DNA of 64,000 nucleotides from Selaginella moellendorffii (taxonomy: Eukaryota > Plantae > Lycopodiophyta). This document shows, piece after piece, positions 38,540 through 48,398 of the stretch (the first letter of the stretch is position 1; the number at the start of each line of letters is the position of its first letter). Where the stretch lies: the NCBI RefSeq assembly GCF_000143415.4, contig NW_003314262.1, forward strand, positions 4,834,389-4,898,388. The letters run 5' to 3'. The position numbers were made by a program, and so were the translations under genes. The notes under the pieces were generated by a model. It was not told where the DNA came from and did not search any database. It worked only from the letters and a program-made list of their open reading frames with translations.

Positions 38540-39323
38540 GTTCGCGGGGCGTTACGAGACTGAGGCACGAATCGGTAAAGTGGCTTACCGTCTCCGACTT
38601 CCTCAAGAGATGGGGAAGATGCACCCAAAGTTCCACGTGAACTTACTCAAGCCGTACTTTGAGGATCCACTTCGCAAGGACCAAGTAAAACCTTTACCTA
38701 AGGTTATCCAAGGGGAAGAGGAATACGAAGTCAAGGCCATCCTCAATGTGCGCAAGAGAAAGCGACAAGGACGCGAGGTGAGAGAGTTCCATGTGAAGTG
38801 GAAAGGATTTCCACACTGCAAAGCAACATGGGAACCGAAGGAGAACCTAGCGACGGTGCGAGATCTAGTGGAGGAATTTCTGCAAGGCAGAACTCTATGT
38901 ACTTATGCAAAGTTCAATTAAAGTATCAAGTTGCAAAGTTGAGCAGTGGCATATGTTGGGACCCAAAGGCGTGCCGAAGGTAAGCTAATTAGCATGGGTT
39001 AGTTAGGTCGACCAGGCGCAGGGCACTATGCCTGACTCCCCGTGGGGATGTCGAATCTGTAGACGTATTCTACGGAGGTTGGGTTCGAGTCCCAACCCCC
39101 TAGTAAAGCAAGGTTGGGTTCAAGTCCCGACCCCATACTAGGGCGTGGTGAGGTGAGAGGTATAGGGACACCTATATTCCATTGTCATGGGCTCTTGGCC
39201 AGGGAGGCTAACTTAGGCACACTGCTAAGTGGGGGGATGCCCCCAGAGACATGGTCAACAAATTGTAGGATAAAAAAGAGACGTTTGATGTGGGCATCGA
39301 ACTTCTTCTATGGGTGGTGGAGT

Positions 39324-40482
39324 TGTAAGGAACCGACTCCCCGAGATGTTGTAGGCTAAAGGATCCCCGAAAGCATGACCGAAATGACAAAGAGTTCATC
39401 GGATGGGACCGAGTTGAAGATCGAGTCCAAGACCGACTCTGAGACCGAGTTCGAGATAGAGTCCGGGATCGAGTCGAGGCCGAATTAGAGACTGAGTTCG
39501 AGACCGAGTTCGAGACAGAGTCCGAGACCCAAATCGGGTCCGAGACCAAGTCCGAGGTCGAGTCCGAAGTCGAGTCCGAGATCGGGTCCGAGATCGAGTC
39601 CGAGATCGAGTCCGAGATCGAATCCGAGACCGAGTCCGAAGTCAGGTATAAGATCGAGTTTGAGATCGAATATGAGACTAAGTCCAAATACTAATAAGGG
39701 TCAAGGGGTGAAAGCCCAAAGCGTGCGTCTCCTAGGGGGGGGGGGTGGAGGGGCTGCAAGGGGTTCCAAAAGTATAGTAGGGATAGTGAGATCCAGAAAC
39801 CAGTCTTGAAGGAACTCTCCAGTGGTGCTTCCAAATTGACTTGAGGTTGAGACTGGGGCCGAGGGGCCTTGGGTGGAAGTGAGCATGGGCTTGGGTGGTG
39901 CCGGAGGGGCCACCCAGGGAAGTGCTCAAGAGCAGCTCCCACTCCCGAAAGGGAAACCGACTGTGGTGCTCCCGGCTCAGGTGGAGTGGTGTCCCACTTG
40001 AGTACCTTGTGGCTCATTGGTCCTCGCCCTGCCTAGGGGCTTGGGCCTTCCCTTCGGGATGGAAGTGGGGGGGGTAGAGGTACCCATACCGGGCCGTTAG
40101 GCCACGGTATTTTGCCCCGATGTCCCAAAGCAAGTGTTGCACCCAAGGCTTGGGATTTAGAGGGTCCCATGATCAAGTTTTATTGTACCAAGGGGTGTTA
40201 GGAGTCTGGAGGCTTGGTGTGCTTGGCTACTTGTGCCTGTGGGGAGTGTAGCCGAACCTTAAGTCCAGTCTAACCCAGGGAGGGGGATTGGGAGAGATTT
40301 GGGAATCCGTGGATGGAAGGCTAACGCTTCGTTGCTCATGCAGTGAGTAGCTGAAACCAAGTAGGACCAAGTAGGAGTTGGTACAATAGGCGAGAACCTT
40401 GGCAAGGGAACTTAGCACAAGCCAAGGCAGTGTTGGTCAGATAGACGAGGTAAGCTGGCAAAGTGGAAAGGAAATATTGGGT
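39324..40482 (+). mobile_element. LTR 'E': probable native 3' LTR of the intron-containing gypsy element
   Basis: Starts TGTAAGG directly after PPT ATGGGTGGTGGAGT. Contains a GAGTCC/GAGATC hexamer array and the GTGAAAGCCCAAAGCG...CCAAAAGTATAGTAGGG core. 3' end fuses to Cassandra internal sequence at GGGT. Confidence 0.7.
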
Positions 40483-40545
40483 GTCAAAAGAGCGGGGCTC
40501 TCAGGTTCACAAGGGCATGAACTTGCAGGGAAGCGTGGTGGATAA

Positions 40546-40730
40546 TGTAAACTCTTGAATTTAGACTTCCCGAGAGGTCACCCAGCCCAGTACTATTCAA
40601 ACCCAAGGACGCTTAACCCTAAATATCCTAAGACCCTTAACTGATTGGAAACTCTTGTTCATGGGCCCTTTCCCTCTATATTTGAACCCCTATGGATCGT
40701 CTCTTAAGTCGTTCTTTTTGGTTGTTTAGA
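40546..40730 (-). mobile_element. Inverted Cassandra-type LTR
   Basis: Reverse complement of 40783-40979 with a small deletion; includes the 5S domain (~40563-40617). Confidence 0.9.
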
Positions 40731-40782
40731 ATCCCCTTTATTGAGCCCGTTCCAAGGAATCCCTCACTAGATTCCAATGGAT

Positions 40783-41378
40783 TGTAAGCAACAAAAGAGA
40801 ACGACTTGAGAGATGATCTATAGGGGTTCAAATATAAAGGGAAAGGGCCCATGAACAAGAGTGCACCCCCTTTTCCAATCGGTTATAGGATCCTTGGGAT
40901 ATTTGGGGTTAAGCGTCATTGGGTTTGAATAGTACTGGGCTGGGTGACCTCCTGGGAAGTCCAAATTCAAGAGCTTACATTTGGTATCGGAGCGGTCTCA
41001 GGTCCGACTCTGTTGGTGGGCTAAGGGAATCACACCACATGTTGATTGACATCTAGCTGGTCCAGTTTGCTTCCATTGGACTCGACCCGAGGGGTAGGGT
41101 GTCAAGAGAGCGGGGCTCTTAGGAGAGCTACGGCTCTCAGCTTCTGTTCACAAGGGCGTGAACTTGCAGGGAAGCGTGGTGGATTGTAAGCAACCAAAGA
41201 GAACAACTTGAGAGATGATCCATAAGGGTTCAAATATAGAGGGAAAGGGCCCATAAATAAGAGTGCACCCCCTTTTCCAATCGGTTAAAGGTCTTGGGAT
41301 ATTTGGGGTTAAGCGTCCTTGGTTTGAATAGTACTGGGTTGGGTGACCTCCCGGGAAGTCCAAATTCAAGAGCTTATT
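40783..41378 (+). mobile_element. Cassandra-type TRIM (5S-containing LTRs)
   Basis: LTRs 40783-40979 (197 bp) and 41185-41378; PBS TGGTATCGGAGC at 40982; ~205-bp non-coding internal region; purine-rich GGGAAGCGTGGTGGAT before the second LTR. Confidence 0.93.
40908..40962 (+). promoter_or_regulatory. 5S rRNA-derived Pol III internal control region (A box-IE-C box) in Cassandra LTR; second copy 41308-41361
   Basis: GTTAAGCGTCATTGGGTTTGAATAGTACTGGGCTGGGTGACCTCCTGGGAAGTCC matches the plant 5S rRNA sequence as I recall it at 47/55 positions (manual count). Confidence 0.92.
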
Positions 41379-44300
41379 TAGTCCTCTAGTGTAGTGACCA
41401 AGGATACGGTCACGTGGTGAGGAAGTCCCAAAGGATAGTGGGATTTAGTGGTTGAGCCTGTAGGCCTTGACCCAATGGCAGTGTTGGCAAACACGGCCAT
41501 AGACAGAAAAGGGACTTAGTGGGGATTATAAAAGGGATATTGGGGAAGGTTTTTACGGGCATCCTAAGGATACTAAGGAGTGAATCTAGGATGATCACTC
41601 ATGGATAGATAGTTAAATCTTTGAGAGATGGGACTGTGATACAGGTGGTGTTGGACCACCAATGTAACAAAGGTGAATGGGCATTGCCTTAGAGTAACGG
41701 GCTAATATATTAGTGGTACCTTTGGGTTGTCGGTCATGGGATCGGACACGTGGATCACTTGGACCAAGTGCAAAGGTTGAGTGGCAAGGATGCCATTCTT
41801 GGGGCTAGCAAGCCCCAAATCTAGAATAGGACTTATGGAGGTTGTGAGTGAGACTCCTCCAAATGGTCAGAGGTGTGGTTAAGTGACTAAAGTACAATGG
41901 AAAATTTAGTTGCTTACACCGCTGCCATGATCGGAAATCAAAACTGCAGGATGTGAGACATAAAATCCCTAGGCCCCAAAGTGGAGCCAGAAGGGTGCCA
42001 CGAGGTAGTGGCCGAAGCAAAAGCCAAACGAACATAACACGTTTGGACCACAAGTTTCGACTTGAAAGGTCAAGAGTGGGAGTGGAACTCCCAACAATAG
42101 TGCTCAAGGAACAAGCACGAAGCGAGCAATAAGCAAGGCTCCAAAAAGGGACCTAAAAGGACTAACACATGACACGTGGAAGTAACCGAGATGGACCCGA
42201 GTTGGAGTCCGAGGTGGAGTCCGAGATGGACCCGAGTTGGAGTCCGAGATGGACCCGAGTTGGAGTCTGAGATGGACCCGAGTTGGAGTCCGAGATGGAC
42301 CCGAGTTGGAGTCCGAGATGGAGTCTGAGATGGACCGAGACGGAGTCCGAGACGGAGTCCGAGATGGAGTCCAAGAGGGATCTGAGATGGAGTCCAAGAG
42401 GGATCTGAGATGGAGTCTAAAATGGAGTCCGAGATGGAGTCCGAGATGGACCCAAGTTGGAGTCCGAGATGGAGTCCAAGATGGAGTCCGAGATGGACCG
42501 AGATGGAGTCCGAGATGGAGTCCGAGACAGAGTCCGAGATGGAGTCTGAGATGGACTGAGACGGAGTCCGAGACGGAGTCTGAGATGGAGTCCGAGATGG
42601 ACCGAGAGGGATCCAAGATGGAGTCCGAGATGTACCGAGACCGAGACCAACACAAAGATCAGGACCGAGACTAAGACCGAGACCGAGACCAGGGCCGAGG
42701 CCGAGACCGAGTCCGAGTCTGAGTCCGAGTCTGAGTCCGAGTCCGAGTCCGAGTTCGAGTCTGAGAGGGTGAAAGCCCAAAGCGTTCGTCTCCCAGACTC
42801 TGGGGGGTTTGGTGAGCTCCAAAAGTATAGTAAGGGGGAGGACTGCAATGGAGCCAGTTTGGCCAGGAAAGGCCAGTTTGGCCCAGGAAGGCTGTACCCA
42901 GTGTTGGGTGATGAGCTGCTCACTAGGAAGTCCAAGACTAGAGTGAATAGGGATCGACAAACGGGGTAGCTTGGTGAAGTGTTCAAGAGCCGGCTTTAGT
43001 TCCCCCGGGAGATCGACTGGCCGATGCTCCCAGTCCAAGTGTGGGTGGCACTACCTACTTGGATACCTTGTGTGGCTCAACGGAACCTCACTCTAAGCCC
43101 ATGGCTAGAGCACCCAAAGGTGGAAGGCGGGGAGAGTACCTATGAGGCTCGCGTAAGGCCGCGGTGTTCCGAAATGTTGCCCCAAAGTCCCAGACTGTGA
43201 AAAGGAGGAGGAGCCATCCTCTAGTGTAGAGACCAAGGATACGGTCATGTGAGGAGGTAGTCTCAGAGGACCGAGGGACTTAGTGGTTGGGCTTGTGGGC
43301 CTTGATCCAGTGGCAGTGTTGGTGAACGTGGCCATGGACAAAAAGGGACTTGGCGGGGACTAGAAAAGGGATATTGGGGAAGGCTAATCCCCATGTCTCT
43401 GGGCATCCTAAGGATGCTAAGGAGTGGATCAGGGATGATCACTCATGGATGGATGGCCCAGTCTTTGAGAGATGGGACTGTAATGCAGGTGGTGTTAGAC
43501 CACCGGTGTGACCAAGGTGAAGGGGCATGGCCTTAGCGTAATAGGCTGATATGTCGATAGTACCTTGGGGTGTTGGTTATGGGATCGGACACGTGGAGCA
43601 CTTGGACCAAGTGCAAAGGTTGAGTGGCAGGGATGCCATTCTCGGGGCTAGGAAGCCCAAGTCCAAAATAGGACTTATGGAGGTTGTGAGTGAGACTCCT
43701 CCAAGTGGTTGGAGATGTGGTTAAGTGACTAAAGTAGAATGAAAAAATTAGTCGCTTACAACTTGGTATCGGAGCTGTTCCTTAGTCTGACTTTTATTGG
43801 TGCTGAAGTATATCACCACTAGTGTTAGCATCGGAAGGTCCTAGGAGTGGGCCTATCCTTGAGGAGTAGCAAGTCGGGAAGACATGGCTCTCCACTCAAG
43901 TTCATGTGTGAACTTGTGTGCAATGTGGTGGATGGAAAAGGGCCAATAAGGGAACGACTTTGGGATCTTGGGAACAGTATAAGGGTTCCTTCTGGGAATA
44001 GTATAAGGATTCCCTTGGGAACAGTATAAGGGTTCCCAACTAAGCAAGAGGTGCAAGATAATTGGTTAAACGGGTAGAAGGTAGTTACTCAAGACTTCTT
44101 AATAGCATAAGGAAGTTAGATATACCTTTATGGGGGATAAATTGCTTATGTTGCGATATAGTGAGTCAATGTCAAAAAAAGAAATGCTCATTGTCAAGGA
44201 AACCATCATTAGGACACTCAAACACTCTAGAACATCAGGAGGTGGTGTTTAGTGTCACAAGGGCAATAGATAAGGCCCAAGGGACTAAGTCCCTAGCGAA

Positions 44301-46909
44301 TGATGGATAGGAGATGCCATCCAAATGTCCAAGGTTGTGGAGATGGAAGGAATCCGTCTACCCCAAACCCAAAAATGGGATTTTAGTAAGGCTAGTGATG
44401 GGCATAAGGAAGCCCATAAGTAGCAACAATAATCCCGGTGTGTGAGATTATAAGGTTAGCATGCCCAGATTGAGGAACCACTCCCCAAGGTATTGGGTAG
44501 GTTCATCCCTATGAATACTTGCTAATGCATGGTAAAATGTGGAAAGTTATCCTCCTAATATAGAGGAAAATAACCAAAGGAAACATATGGGGCCAAAAGG
44601 CAAGTAATATTAGGATGGAACTGAACCATAGAAATCAAAAAGCATAACCAACGGTGGTTATGCAAGTTGGGAGTGGAGAATCAAGAGGGTGTTTGAGGAT
44701 GTTGTTACTAGCAACCGCGGTGCCATGGAGAGTCTAAAATGTGGAATTATCTATGTTGGACCATATGGTGAGTAAGGAGCTTGCAAAGGAAAAGCCTTAG
44801 CAAGCTAAGGAACAAAGTTCCTTGAAGGTTCCCAAAAACAATTCTAGGTAAATAAGTACCTAGAAAGCCAAGTGTAAATGGTTCCTAAAGCGCACAAAAT
44901 CAGAGTGGCACTGCAGAAGCATGGTTTTGAAGCTGATTATGAGGCGAGACTATCAAGGTTGGGGAAGTAGTTCTCGAGTATTCAAAGAGAGGGCTTTAAA
45001 CAAAAATCGATGGTTAAGGACTTTCACGCTTATGCAAAAACCATATTACATTGGTCGTATGACTTGCTACGCGATATTGGCGAGTTAGGGGAACAAATCC
45101 CCTAGTTGAAGGTACTAACTTCAAAAGGGGTGGCCCATGGGGCTGAGCATGGAGGAGTCCATGATCACAGACTTATCAAGTGAGAGGACTTAGCAGTGTG
45201 GAGGAATTAAGTTCCTAAGTTGTGATCTATAGCGCGCTTTAAGTATAAGTTGGTGCACCAGCATGGGGAGTCACGCCAGGCATCCTGCGTGATGCCATCC
45301 GTAGATGTATATACAGAGGTTAGGTTTGAGTCACGACCCTTTAGTGTTTGGGTTCGAGTTCCAAATCATTAGGGCGTGGTAATGGTTTGGAATATGAAGA
45401 CACTCATATTTCGGTGGTCATGGACTCTCAGTGGGGAGACTGGCTTGGGCACACTACCAAGCAGGGGATGCTCCAGAGTCGTGATGCACGGTTGGATTCC
45501 TTAGAGAGAAAGCTCGGCATATCTAACTTAAATACTTTGGTGCAAAGGGCACCAAGGACGTGGTGAATGAGATAGGGACACCCAGTCTTAGTTGCTATGG
45601 ATCTTTGGCTGGAAGGGTTGGCTTAGGCGCACCACCAAGTGTGGGGGATGCCTCCGGGGTCATAGTCAACAATTTAAAAAGGTCTGGAAGACCTAGTTCC
45701 TTTTGGTAGACTTGATAAGGGGTCAAGATGAGATCACTTTGTGATCTTATGGCTAAACAAAGACAAAGACTTTGTTTAGGTTAAGGAATATGATCCCTAG
45801 TTCAAAGTGTTAATTTGAACTATTGATAATAGTATGGCTTGGTCAAGGTGACTAAGTGGGAAGGACACCTAAAGGGAAATCAGTTGTGCCAATATGATGG
45901 TATAGTAAGTCCAAGAAAGTAGTCTCTAAGAGAGACCTATGGGAGGGTCACAAAGTTGGGCCGTGGACAAAGCCCATAGCAGAAAATGTTAAAGAGACCT
46001 ACTAGGGGTGAGCACCCTCTGGACTTAGTAAAGTAGAGCTTTTGCCATAAAACCAAAAGGATACCTCAAGAATGGAGGTAGGGATTTTATATTGCTTAGT
46101 GCAACAAGCAACGGATAAGAGCAAAAAATTAGTGGCCAAGTGTGGGCCATGGAGTTCATTGGAAGGAATCTAAATGGCAAAGTTAGGCATGGGACACTAA
46201 AGTGCTGGATGCTAACAGATTGTGAGAAAGGAAATGAGTTTCCAAGGATGGATTCCCAATTGCTCCGATTTGGCGAAACTGGAAGCTCCAAAGGAGGGAG
46301 CGGTAAGGTAGCCAAATGATAGGGCCATGGACAGCCCTAGCACAAATTATGATAACTGGAACTTAGTGCCTAAGGTGGCACGAAATAGAAAAGAAGATGA
46401 TAGTGCCCTCAAGTAAAGAACTTCCTAGGATGGGGAAGTGGAGTTGCACAATACGTACAAAGCAAGGTGTCGGAGACACCTAGGATATTGACTTTAAGTC
46501 AAAAATAAAAGTTCTAAAGTGCAAAGGTCATATCAATGGAAACTGAGACTACTCGAGAATGAGTAGTGGGATTGAGATAGAGACGGTGTCTCTAACAGGT
46601 TTAGCGAGAACTAAACCAATAAAAGGAGAGAACCACCACAAGTGGTCCAATTAATCTCTAAGTTGGAGAAACTATCCTCCTTAGAGGATGGGCAAGGCAT
46701 GGTGAGCCTTTGATATCAAACCATTGACGAATATTGGCGAGGTGCTAAGAATGGAAAGAGTAATATATATTGGTGTTACTTTATAAAATAGTTTATTGTT
46801 CGATGAGGACATCAAACTTCGTCTATGGGTGGTGGAGTTGTGAGACATAAAATCCCTAGGCCCCAAAGTGGAGCCAGAAGGGTGCCACAAGGTAGTGGCC
46901 GAAGCAAAA

Positions 46910-48015
46910 ATGTGGACATGATTCTTCATCACAGTGAGCTATACAGCCTGGAGCAACAGCAACATGAGCACATGTAGGACTACATCACTAAGCTTCAGTG
47001 CAAAGTGGTGGAGATTCGACTGCTGGACCCAGAAGCTGCTGTGACAGATCAAGAGTTTAATGTAGTTCTGTTCAAGGGGCTTGCAACTCATGCTATGAAG
47101 TCTCATCTTCATTATATCAAGAAGATTCTCAACATTACACAACGGCAGATTTTTGCTGGGCTCGTCCAGCATGAGAAAACCATTATAGGTGAAGGCAATC
47201 TTGCTGAGCAGGACATGATTGCCATGGTGACTCGTGGTAATCAGCAAGCACAAGCAAGGCACTCCTGTGTCTTTAATCGACTTGGAAATAAGCGTACAGC
47301 CACCTGGCTTGAGTTGCATGCCCTCAGTTTAGGGCTTTCTTAGTTTTCTTTCCCAAGATCCATCCCAGGGGATTGTTCTAGGAGTGTTCTCATTCTCTAT
47401 AGAGCGCTAGGCCGTGAGGCCTAGCTTCTCTCATTAGCGAAGCTGCTGAAGACAGCGCATATTGTCCCAAGAGGAGCACGATGATTCAGCTCACGGGAGA
47501 GAGCTTTCGCAGTAGCCCCCTCTTCAAGATCACCCGGTCACAGAACAGGCCTTTAACGTCCCACTTGAGAGGAAGTAGCGGGCAGAATCCCAGCACATCC
47601 AGCTGCAGCAGCCTACCATCCCGTGCTTGCTGCTCCCAACTGATGAGCGCATCCAGGTTGCCAGAGTCTCCTGCGCATGGCTGCATGCCCACACAGAAGA
47701 GGAAAAAGCGGTAGTCAAAACTTGCCTTGCTCGCTCCACCAAAACTTGCCGTTCTCAACTGGGAGTCCCACATGTTCACAGCCGTGGGGTCTTCTAGGTG
47801 AGATCCGCCAAATCTCAGCCGTCCATAGGAGGACAGATTGACGGCAGGAACCATGCATAGAATCGTGACATGGTTTGGCAAAGATTTCATTTATTTTGGA
47901 CGGCCTGGATCTCACGATCAGACAGCCCAGGAGGCCCGGTGGAGCATTTTATTATATAGACGTGGTACCTATATATTAAGAGTAGAATATGAGTTTCATG
48001 GCTTGAACCATTCTT
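46910..48015. other. 1.1-kb unrelated, gene-like filler inserted in an LTR without TSD
   Basis: LTR sequence stops at GAAGCAAAA and resumes at AACGAACGTAAC with ~4 nt lost. The insert has protein-like ORFs (47005-47343 +, 47486-47890 -). Confidence 0.7.
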
Positions 48016-48398
48016 AACGAACGTAACACGTTTGGACCAAAAGCTTCGACTTGAAAGGTCAAGACCGGGAGTGGAACTCCCAACAAAAATGCTCGAGGAA
48101 CAAGCACGAAGCGAGCAATAAGCGAGGCTCCAAAAAGGGGCCCAAAAGGACCAACACATGACACATGGAAGTGTCCGAGGTGGAGTCCGAGATGGAGTCC
48201 GAGATGGACCCGAGTTGGAGTCCGAGATGGAGTCCAAGATGGACCGAGATGGAGTCCGAGATGGACCGAGACAGAGTCCGAGATGGACCGAGACGGAGTC
48301 CGAGATGGAGTCCGAGAGGGATCCGAGATGGAGTTTGAGATGGAGTCCGAGATGGAGTCTGAAATGGAGTCCGAGATGGAGTCCGAGATGGACCTGAG

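Larger units (their letters stand above)
35169..38921 (+). pseudogene. pol of Ty3/gypsy chromovirus (PR-RT-RH-INT-chromodomain), integrase interrupted by two introns
   Basis: LIDTGAS; FLVMPFGL; VYIDDILI; [10 protein letters not shown]; HHCC region; MDFITGLP; ISDRD; chromodomain EEYEVKAIL...FHVKWKGF...ATWEP. One frame from 35169 to 38022 with nonsense point mutations only. Confidence 0.93.
33977..41378 (+). mobile_element. Composite unit: truncated Cassandra LTR - PBS - gypsy gag-pol - PPT - LTR 'E' - Cassandra internal 3' end - inverted Cassandra LTR - complete Cassandra TRIM
   Basis: Perfect TSD TAGTC (33972-33976, 41379-41383) inside a family C LTR. 33977-34095 matches the first ~120 bp of LTR 40783-40979 and joins PBS TGGTATCAAAGCC at an ATTTGG microhomology. 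Confidence 0.85.
5436..41918 (+). mobile_element. Old non-autonomous large LTR element (family C, copy 1), host of six nested insertions
   Basis: 5' LTR TGTGAAAC at 5436 to ...ATTACA at 14776, interrupted at 5765-6151 and 6820-14358. Met-tRNA PBS TGGTATCTGAGC follows. Internal pieces 14777-17342, 22877-23121, 29526-30281 and 32099-32893 are colinear with 58120-62219. PPT, then 3' LTR 32894-33976 plus 41379-41918. Flanks CACAT/CCGCT do not form a TSD, so this may be a recombinant of two copies. Confidence 0.75.

Noticed and set aside
39074-39135. tRNA gene or tRNA-derived SINE
   Set aside because: Only T-arm-like hairpins; no D-arm/A-box, anticodon arm, tail or TSD seen.
40908-40962. 5S rRNA gene
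   Set aside because: Only the ~55-nt internal control region is present, embedded in TRIM LTRs; no 5S 5' end or terminator.
33977-41378. Proven autonomous Cassandra element
   Set aside because: The pol is followed by its own PPT and a different LTR (E); nesting plus deletion explains the data, so it is kept only as a hypothesis.
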